Shown here in pieces: positions 46,742-56,369 of a stretch of DNA of 64,000 bases. Numbering within the stretch: the stretch's first letter is position 1; every line of letters starts with the position of its first letter. Source of the stretch: Setoptus koraiensis (taxonomy: Eukaryota > Animalia > Arthropoda). Where the stretch lies: positions 3,286,001-3,350,000 of the forward strand of contig CM106586.1 in assembly GCA_048013815.1 (NCBI GenBank), given 5' to 3'. A program made the translations under genes and the position numbers. The notes below the pieces were generated by a model. It saw only the letters and a list, made by a program, of their open reading frames with translations, was not told the origin of the DNA and made no database searches.

Positions 46742-47762
46742 CACTAGCATTGTTGTGAACGAAGAATTAATTAATTTAGGCCTACTGGCAACCCAAAATA
46801 TAACAACTACCTGTTCATATGTTGAATCCTATCAGCGCATAGTATTCTATGCCAGACGAACAAGAAGCTGAAATCATACTTTTCTAAATAGTTATAATCC
46901 CAACAAGCGGGTTAATAGCTAATTAACCGAAGCATATAGATTTGCAATATATTTGTAGAGGAATTGATTTCTTCGGAACCAACATTTAGAACTGATCTTG
47001 TTAAGAGCCAATGACAATTGACATGCAGGTCTTGAGTAGAGAGCTGCATGATAGATGCAAAAAATAGGACTTATCATTCTGGACGCCGCCTCTGTTTATA
47101 TCTAAGTATACCTGTTAGTCACGATAGCATCCGCAGTAGTAGAGAGATCGTTGTCAATATAGAGATCACACAACGCAAACCGCTATTATTACAAGACACC
47201 AAAGAAACAATTCTATACTGTACATCGTTATAATTCTCATTAAAGATAAAAAATATTGCTACACTATCAGTGGTATCGTTGCGTCGACAGCTTAGAAAAA
47301 GTGAGCTTTTTATTTGGTTTTTACTTACTTGGCTAATTATATTTACATAGAGTCATATGTCGAGTGTGGGCATGTCTTGCGAGCTCTCATCGACTTATTG
47401 TCAATATTTGAGCCGGCTCTAATGATTCAGATGAATAAAAAGCGGCTATTTGCGACGAATGAGTATTTCATTTGCGGTTTGGCCAGTAGTGGAGACAGGA
47501 AGAGATTGGCAAATCTGTTTGGTGTTCGTTGTGGAGGAGGAAAGAATAAAAAGAAAAATAATAGTATTGTCTACTGGATATCCTCGATTGATTTTTTTAC
47601 GTCACTCTCCGTCTTGTACCTTCACCAGTGGTAGTTGGGCTGCCATCTATGATGGTACTATATATCCGCTGATTATTTATCTGGTGCAGAGCATTATGAA
47701 TTTGTCGCCGAAAGAGAAGGACATAAGTTAGATACTGAGAGTAGAAGTGAGTCATCAACAAT

Positions 47763-49940
47763 ATGAATCTCAACACACACACCAACACTGTATATCAGCA
47801 TCTTCACATCAGCAATAACTCACAATTGTCAGGCACAATGAGTTGCGATAAATCGTCGTCTTCGTCCCATCTAATTAAGTCTTCTGATACAGCAAAAATA
47901 ATTGAGTTATCTAAAAGAAGCCGCAACTACTCTGCCTCACCGTTCTGTTGTGCGAAAAAAGAAGATCTCGATTCACTGGGCAAATGTCAACATTATCACA
48001 AATACAAATCGTCGTCAAATAAACTAATTGCTTCCATATTAAGTGTTCGGCTCCGCTGGTGTCTTATGTTGCTAGCGATATTGCTGATCACGATATCAGA
48101 GCGTTGGCAAATTGTTTCGGCTAAGCCAAAGGGTTTGATTTACAATAGAGATGGAAAATTCATCTATCGCTCGCCAAAGTCAAGAGATGGCAACATCATT
48201 ATCATTGAGGACAGGCCAGAATTCAACAAACAGCGAGCCTCATCAGCGTCAAACTATGAACCTGTGCAGATGATTAGCCCCAGATTGGGTGGCTCCGTTG
48301 GGGGGCCCCAAACCCACACTCCAATTGGCGAACATAATCCCTATCTGGAATTTTATTCGCCCATTGAAGTCGATGCAATGGTAGACGCTGGCTTGCTGGT
48401 GCCCATCAATGAACCTGGCGCGGCGCACCCGGTGAGCTCAGACGGCGTCAGGATGAGCCCCGACAGTTCTAACGGTGTTGAGGCAATAGAAATTGGTGGC
48501 TCCGACCAGCAAGGAGTGCAGGTGATCAATATGGACAATATGTCGCCGTCAACAGCAACAGCGGCAGAGCATCGTGAGGCCTCAGAGGAGCACAATGATC
48601 ATTTGTTGAATTCGGATCAATTGTCGTCGGCGATGCAACAAACCATTCAGGTGCCATTCGATCCACTGTCCCGCCAGAGTTACAATCGTCAGCGACGCCA
48701 GCCACACCAACATGTGGCCATCGGGGGCCCCTTACTGGCCGCGACACCTCACATGAATGGTCGCCTGTACAAGCAGCAAGCTGATGCGTGGCAGTTGAGG
48801 CCCGCGAGCCACATTCCCATCCAAGCCAATCATCACCAACTGTTTCCGTTTGCCAGCCACCGGTTGATGCAATTGGCAAATCCTCGAGCACTCTTCTTCA
48901 ATCAGCATCATCACGGGCCTCTACCAATGGCGCCCATAGACTCGAGATCAATGATAGACCGGATATCGGCGTCGCAGAATCATTTGCGATTGCGTCAGCT
49001 GTTGCCGCCAAATCACATTCGAGCCTACAATCAACAATTGTATCAATCGTTTTGGAATGCCGCTCGACCCAATCATGGTCAGCGTTTTAATTTGAATGGG
49101 GCGATGGCGCAAACAGCAAGGGGCGACAGCTTTGGGCCGGATAAAAATGTCGCTCATGTCAGGTCCGTGCCACATTGGCCAGCGCCCAATTCTTACCATA
49201 TGGAGACACAAATGCAAACGCAACGACAACTGCCGCAGGAGATATTTAGGCCTCAAACATTGCAACAGCAGCCGGATGTGATATTGCAGGACAGTGGACC
49301 GGTTCCGCAACAGCAGCCTGGCCAGGCCGGTCAGGCGGACGTCAGCGACAAAGCGAACGTTGATTATTTCGAGTCACCCAACGAATATTCAGAATCGTCT
49401 CAAACAGGTGAACAGGTTGGCGCACACCAGGTGGAGCCCAAGGAGGCACAACAGGTGACAGGCGAGGAGAGAGTTGGCAAGGGTAATAAGCAACAAGGCA
49501 ACAAAAGCGATATCAGTGCCGTTGATAATGCCGGCAACAATAGTGATAATATCGGTAATAACAGTGACAGCGACAATGACAATAGTAGTAATAGTGGCAC
49601 CAATGGTGACAAGACTGCCATGCCAAATAATGGCGACATGAGGCCCGATCAGAGCGACCAGGGCAGCGGCGAAGAACAGGGCCAGTTGTCGGATGAGTCG
49701 GATCAGGCGGACAGCAGCGGGCCCGGCCAGAGCAAGCAACAAGCGGCTCCGAAGACCGACAACAATCGGTCGGTCAACAAGAGCGTCAGTGCTAGCGCAA
49801 ACGGGTCGCACAACAAATCTTACCGATCGTTCACCAATTTGGACCCAAAAGAAAACATCGATCTCAGCGAGGACAAACCCAGGCGGGACTACAACGCATA
49901 TTGGAAACAATTCTCGAACCAGTACGACATAGTGCAGTAG
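47763..49940 (+). CDS. Secreted or membrane-anchored low-complexity (Gln/Asn/His/Pro-rich) protein; start may be M102 at 48066
   Basis: 725-codon ORF; signal-like MLLAILLITISERWQIVSA followed by KPKGLIYNRDGKFIYR...GNIIII. Confidence 0.75.
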   Translation: MNLNTHTNTVYQHLHISNNSQLSGTMSCDKSSSSSHLIKSSDTAKIIELSKRSRNYSASPFCCAKKEDLDSLGKCQHYHKYKSSSNKLIASILSVRLRWCLMLLAILLITISERWQIVSAKPKGLIYNRDGKFIYRSPKSRDGNIIIIEDRPEFNKQRASSASNYEPVQMISPRLGGSVGGPQTHTPIGEHNPYLEFYSPIEVDAMVDAGLLVPINEPGAAHPVSSDGVRMSPDSSNGVEAIEIGGSDQQGVQVINMDNMSPSTATAAEHREASEEHNDHLLNSDQLSSAMQQTIQVPFDPLSRQSYNRQRRQPHQHVAIGGPLLAATPHMNGRLYKQQADAWQLRPASHIPIQANHHQLFPFASHRLMQLANPRALFFNQHHHGPLPMAPIDSRSMIDRISASQNHLRLRQLLPPNHIRAYNQQLYQSFWNAARPNHGQRFNLNGAMAQTARGDSFGPDKNVAHVRSVPHWPAPNSYHMETQMQTQRQLPQEIFRPQTLQQQPDVILQDSGPVPQQQPGQAGQADVSDKANVDYFESPNEYSESSQTGEQVGAHQVEPKEAQQVTGEERVGKGNKQQGNKSDISAVDNAGNNSDNIGNNSDSDNDNSSNSGTNGDKTAMPNNGDMRPDQSDQGSGEEQGQLSDESDQADSSGPGQSKQQAAPKTDNNRSVNKSVSASANGSHNKSYRSFTNLDPKENIDLSEDKPRRDYNAYWKQFSNQYDIVQ

Positions 49941-50061
49941 TGCCATTTGCGAGCCACCGGCACACGCCAGAGTGGTTTGTCTTGGATGCAAGACGAACCT
50001 TCAGATTCAGTTTTCCGGTTTTCCCGGAAATTGCAGCCAATGGGACAATTGCGGCAACATG

Positions 50062-50157
50062 CGGCCATACAAATGGCCAGACAAGCGGCCGGACAAATGG
50101 ACAGACAAGCTTCCGGAAGAATGGACAGACAAGCGGCCAGACAAGGGCACGGATGAG
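50062..50157. repeat. 12-bp tandem repeat x8 (YGGMCAGACAAR) with 24-bp alternation
   Basis: Units read at 50062, 50074, 50086, 50098, 50110, 50122, 50134, 50146. Confidence 0.85.
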
Positions 50158-50332
50158 GGGCAGTTTCGTTTGCTTTGATTCGCGCTCGTTTATTACAAAT
50201 GTCTCCATGCAACCATGTCATGTTACTCATGTTGTGCGATCATAATAATCTAATATCCGTTCGTTTGAAACCTGAATTTATCCCTATTATCCTATTTGTT
50301 GTTGGTGTTGATGTTGTTGTGCCAGCTTTGGT

Positions 50333-51720
50333 TCATTTGGCGGTCGTTGTTGTTGTCGGCGGCGTGGAGGTGGCTCGATTGCTGGCCGCATCGCCGCCGT
50401 GATGCTTACCTGTGACTACCTGTGAGTGCCTGTTGTTGTGCGATAAGTGGGCCGAGTAGTTGTTTATGGATTTGATCAACGAATTGAACGTGCTCATCAC
50501 CTGTTCTGTGTCTATGTACGGGCTCAGTTTGTCAAAGAGGGCGCTCGACACACTGCTCACGCTAGATCGCTGCTGTTTTCGTCCGTTGACAGTGGTGCTG
50601 GCGGTTGTGCCCGACGCGCCCGTCAGACTGACCGAACTGGTGCCACTGGTGCCCGAATACATGTTGAACAGGGCCAAATGGATCATTCTGTTTGTATCTA
50701 GATAGATCTGTACACTCACCGTGAGGAAGATTCGGGGAAAGCCTCTCTCTATAGTATTCTTGACGTTCACATAAAATAACAACCAATCTTTTCATATCGT
50801 CACTAGGATCATCCGATAGGACAGCTACTGGTTACCGCCAACCACAACCATATTCAATTTAGATAGAGCCACTGTGGCTAGCTGAAAAATTACTAAATTG
50901 TTTACAATCACTCCAATGGCGCCTGACAGTAGGTAGACATACAGAGAGTCTAGTTCTTGTTGCACGATGTCGGTTGATTCATAGGGCGACTCAACAATGA
51001 TGCGTCCTCTCACGGCAGTTTTAATAAATGGATGAAGCGGGAAGAATGCAAGCAGTTGTTTGCGAGTATAGCCAATACATCGATCATGCATTGACCGTAA
51101 CATTTTGTTGGTCTAGTAGTTAGCCGATGGCTCAATTTGGCGTAGTTGTTATTGGCAAGCTGCTCTCTAGAATAATCCAAACTGCCATGGGTGGATATTG
51201 AGTTACCACCAATTGGAGAGAAGACATCTTGCAATCGCTTATATTGAGGCGATTTGAATGCATCGGCGTCGTGGTCCTCAAGCACAAAATTACATTACTT
51301 TAGCTGAATGACGAACAAAATACACTCAGAAATTAGGCTGGAGGTAAATAAACGCTTCTATAGTTTAATGAGCAAGGTTGTATTCTATTTAGCACCCCCG
51401 GTACCCTCGGCACTCTCGGCACCAATGCAACAGTTGTCGCGCCGACGACTCCGTCAATGCCCCCAATCGAATCGGCACCCAGCCCGGTTGCAAATGTAAG
51501 CCAGGTGGGCGTTTTTGCATTCGTCCGATTCTACTTGCCTGATCACTCACCACCACCGCTTGACCACAGCTATCACTACTGCTACCACTACTACAGTCAC
51601 AATGGACCGATGGAAGGACATGGAAGATCACTGCAGGACCATGGATAGCCCTCCTGATCCTCTTTTCGGGGGCAGTATCAGTGACCGTGTCGCTAATAAT
51701 TAATAATTAAAAAGACCACT
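50333..51720. other. Unresolved, probably coding multi-exon segment(s)
   Basis: Protein-like frames (e.g. minus 50333-50782, Ser/Thr-rich) and strong donor motifs on the minus strand; several competing parses on both strands. Confidence 0.25.
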
Positions 51721-52392
51721 TGCAATAAGGGTCTCCAGAATCAAACTGGCCTGACATATATATATATTTAGTATTTTTGTGATTGGAAGAGCCTCCTGAT
51801 CACGAATATACCGATTGCATCACCATTCAGTTTGACGTTTAGCCGCTAGGCGGCGTTGTTGTTTTTGACTTTCGGGACCTCCGAGGCCCCAGTCCTTTGT
51901 CATAGAGACACGTTCTTGGTATCTTTAGATAGATCTTTAGAGGACTCATCTGTAGAGGGTATAATTTTTTCCAAGACTCGAATTCAAATTTGAAAAAAAT
52001 TAAAAATAAAACTTTGGCCCCATTTTGTGGGGCCCCAGGAATGTCCGCTCAAAGATTTGACAGCTCATAAAAATAGCCCTATAAAAGAGCTTTAAAATAA
52101 TGTATGATACAACGAAATCAAATCGAACGTCGATGACCAAAAATGAAAAAAACCACACACACATCCCCCCGAATTAGAGATACAAGGCGGATCGGGAGCT
52201 CTGTTGATTAGAAGTGTCACTGATATCATCGCACCGCTGCTGCTGCCACACCACTGGTTGACGTAATCAAAGCGTCGATATCACATTCGGCTGTACACAC
52301 AATGTTGTCACAATGTTGTCAGTGGCGGCTTGCCCGCACAACAACAGTGAACAAGCGGCCATTACGTAAGCGTAACGGTCATTTATGGTGCC

Positions 52393-52459
52393 TTATGATT
52401 CATAACTTATGAATCAGAACTTATGAATCATAAGTCGTGAGTCATAAGTTATGAGTCAT
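52393..52459. promoter_or_regulatory. Array of five TGA(T/A/G)TCA AP-1-like sites at exact 14-bp spacing
   Basis: TGATTCA 52396, TGAATCA 52410, TGAATCA 52424, TGAGTCA 52438, TGAGTCA 52452. The pattern is certain; the function is inferred. Confidence 0.55.
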
Positions 52460-54381
52460 GGCTGGCGACTTGTGGCAAGTAAGCCAACGGTTGCAACAGA
52501 GTGCGTCTATTGGCTCGTAAACGCCACCGGCTCGACAATAACCGAATGATAAGTGTTCTTGTAATAACCTTGTTGATGTAATTAGTTGACACGTAATTAT
52601 TAGCCGCCGTCAGTCGGCGGAGTCAGACAGCTCGCAACGTAAACGATCGGGTGTGCAAGCAAACACAAACACACAGCCAACAGGTTGCTGCAACAGGTGC
52701 CACAAGTTGTTTACACTGGCGACAGTTTGGAGCGTCGGCCACTTCTCATATTGGCCAACTGTTGCTGCTTGACTTGTTGCTTCCGTTTGTCCACTCACCT
52801 TGCCCAAACTCACGGCTGGCAGTGTGAGCGATATGGGCGATATGTCTCGCTTTCCTTGGGTCGCTGCTGCTTGCCGGCGCCAAACAGCCAAGCGGCCCGA
52901 TGAAGCCGAGCCCGGCAGCTAGGCGAGCCATGAATTGGCGACCGGTTGAATTGGCTGCAACATTCGGCAAATCGGCTGCAATTTCGGCAAATCGGCCGCC
53001 ATTCACAAATAAATGTCACACACAAATAAAATATTTATATATATAGTGGTGGCCAGTGAGCTCGCCGAAAGTGTCGACTCTCTCAGTATACTTTTATGTG
53101 ACTAAACTAACGCATAAAAGTATACATAAAACGCATTCACAATTATCGGCCCTCCTAAAACTGTGAGCGACTGCAAGCGTAAAGCTCATGAGATTATATA
53201 ACACCTATTGAACTCAACTTCCTGCTGACTGGTGACATTACTTAACTTGTGTCACACACACACACACACTTTCTTAGAACACACATTTATGCAAACCAAT
53301 CAAAATTATGCTAAATGAAAGTGTTGTGTGTTATTATGTAACTGTTTATGTAACTTGTCGCTTGGCCAATTGGCTGCTATTGGCTGCTGCCGGCTAATTG
53401 GCAGCGTCATACTGTCACTGTTATTGGTCGGCCGTGCCCCGGGTGGCGCTCCAGTGAGGCTCGTAAAGCGTACAAGCCGGCAACTATAATCTACAACTGC
53501 TGCTGCTATCCTGCATTTGTTTTATATTCGTAATGCTATCTATAGTTGATCTGTCAGTTGATTGCGCAAGCTATCAAGGTCTGCCCGTTGACAGTGCGCC
53601 CAAACTGCAAACAATGTCAGCTGTTGACTGTAAACAGTTAACTGTCGCAAGTTAACTGTCTCACACTCTGTGAGCTGTTGCCCAACGCCGGCCAAAGCTG
53701 CCACAGGTGAGTGCGGGCGCCCATTACACATATTACATATTATTACATTACTTAACGGTGCCACTGTCGGTTCCTATCCCGTTGCCAGCTAGTCGCTGCA
53801 CTGGCACCCGAGCCGGGCCATAGGTGCCAGGGTGTGTGGTTCAACCCTTCACTTATAGGCAGTTATAACAAACCGACTCTTATCTTACTTATAACTTTTA
53901 AGTTTCAAGTATCTGAATTGGCCGGTGCGGGGGCGGGGGCGGCCTCTGTCGTTGTGTGTGCATAGTGGGTGACGTGTGTTTGTGCAACTCGGGCCGTGCC
54001 AAGATTCGGTGGCATTTTGCAATCAGTGCAACAGCAGCTAATGTCGGTAACAGTGGTGACAGTTATTTGTTTATGTTTATGCCCGTTATATATGCTTGTG
54101 CGACGGCCACTGAGGGCACAATAATCGAGAGTGGCTCCACAGGACAACATCGCCGCCATTTGCCAATCAGTTTGCCACTTCAGTTCGAGTGAGTTCAGTT
54201 CGAGTGACTTCCGTTGAGTGACTTTGGTTCGAGTGTCCACCGACAAGCGGCCCCAGCGAGCGATAAGTTGACATTCCATTGAAGCGGCGCCAGCCAAGCA
54301 AACCAGACAACAACCAAGCAACAACCAGACAACAACATCAATCGGTGGTCAGCAAACGCAACAGCAACAACCGACGGCAAC

Positions 54382-55429
54382 ATGACGCAGCGACGGCCAA
54401 CAGCAAACAGCAAGCTCTTGTCACCCCTGTCGTGCGCCCCACTGCTCGTTGTTCTCATCTGCTTGTCGGGCGTGATAGAGTGCAAAAAGAACAAGGGCGA
54501 GGACATCATAATGTACAAAGGCAAGCTCATAATGCGCGGCGGCAAAGACGAAGGTACGCTACCCACCACAATACCCCATACCAGTGACCCCCAACACTGA
54601 CCCCCAACACTGACACCCACAATGACAGACGTGATGACACACGTGATGACAATCACGGTGATAAGTATGATTAGGTATAATTAACGACTCTTGTCCAATT
54701 AACTCTCGCCCAACTCTTGTGTGACTCTTGTGCACGCGTTCTCGGCACTGCACGTGCGTGATGAACGCGTGATATATGCGTCATGTTTGCGCAACACCAG
54801 GCAACCTCATACTAGACACGGGCAAGGGCCACGAGGAGCACCACCAGCACCAGCAGCAGCACATCATACCCGTTCCTATATTTATGCAGCACCATCACCA
54901 CATGCCGGCCATGCACCATCACCAGCCCCTCATGTATCCGCCCATCATACTGGAGTCGCACGAGGCGCCCGCGCACCACCAGTACGAGCACTACGAGCCC
55001 CAGATGCACCATCAGGCGCACCATTTTGAGCACTTTGAGCCCCATCACGAGCACACATATCAGCAGCACCACGAGTCGTATGAGCCGCAGCACGCGCTGC
55101 CCCTCTTGCTGCACCATCACCAGCATGAGCAGCATCACGAGCACCATCCGCAAATGGATCATCATCAGGTGCAGCACTACCAGCATCAGCAGCACCACGA
55201 GGAGCCCGCTTACCATCACCACGGCGAGGCCAGCCAGCAAGTGCGCCAGCAGGTGGCGCCCCAGCAGCAGCAATACCAACAGCAACCGCAATACCAACAG
55301 CAGCAGCAACAACAGCAGCAACTTGTTGGGGCCGGCTCAGTGCAACTGCCAAACATTGTGGGCATCGGAGGCGCCTTTGGCCCGCTTTGGGCCGGCAACA
55401 GTTGGCTGCAGTGGCCGCAGAGGCGCTAG
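54382..55429 (+). CDS. Secreted His/Gln-rich protein; exons 54382-54553 and 54801-55429 (266 aa)
   Basis: Signal peptide ending VIEC|KK; phase-1 GT-AG intron joins GGKDE-G-NLILDTG in frame; strongly GC3-biased CAC/CAG/GAG codons. Confidence 0.82.
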
Positions 55430-55758
55430 GCCGGCCGCGGCTCACTGACGCGCGCTTGAGACGGCCGATTGGCACTGGACACTTCGGACAATCCGAAGTT
55501 CGGATTGCAACGTTTGGCAGGCTTTCAGTAGCAACACCTCACAGCGACACTGCACACTCGACACCACAATGCGACTCAATGCTACGCAGACGATACATAG
55601 GCGACATACAATGTGCAATGTGATGTAACGCGTATCGTGTTGCAGTTCGTTTGGCAGCCGAACGATCAGTGGGGGCGAGACACCGACACACAACGTTGTT
55701 ACGAGTTATCAAGTTATTTAAATTAACGCAACAGCGCAAACTGCACGCCGTACCTGTA

Positions 55759-55793
<35 letters not shown>

Positions 55794-56321
55794 GCTGCCC
55801 GCTAATCGGGCAGCGAGCGAACAAAATAAAAGAATCCAATTATAACACTGTTGCATGTCGGTAATTGTTTCCTTGTTTTTGTTGATTGGCGTACGCAAGT
55901 TGCATAACGGTTGCAACGGTGCGAGCGGCGCAGCCGACCAGCCAGCAGCGCAACTTGTGACTCACAAGTTGTGAGCGCGCCAACACTCGCAACAAGCGAC
56001 CTGTTGCCCGCCACCCAACAACGACAGCCCAACAACGACAAGCCAACGACGACACTCGTCTCCGCGCGCCGGCCCGCTTCGTCGACGATGATTAAGAGCC
56101 GGCTGATCGCAATCGGGCGACAGTGATAAAACGGTTTGTATTGTCGCTGTCAGAACGCGCGCCGCCGCTGTCAATGACAACTTTGCCCGGTCGCGGCCTG
56201 GCTGTCGGCCGAGCTCGCAACAGTCGCAGCCGGCGACCACGATGATACTAAATCATCGCTCATAGATAAATCTGTAGTAATCTGAATAACGGCGATGCCG
56301 CCGTGTCGCGCCACGACAGAT

Positions 56322-56369
56322 GCCAAACTCTGGCAGCCAAACTCTGGCAGCCAAACTCTGGCAGCCAAA
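56322..56369. repeat. Tandem repeat, 14-bp unit GCCAAACTCTGGCA x3.4
   Basis: Exact copies read directly. Confidence 0.95.

Noticed and set aside
22368-56369. CRISPR-like arrays
   Set aside because: Repeats are head-to-tail with no unique spacers, there are no cas genes, and the context is eukaryotic
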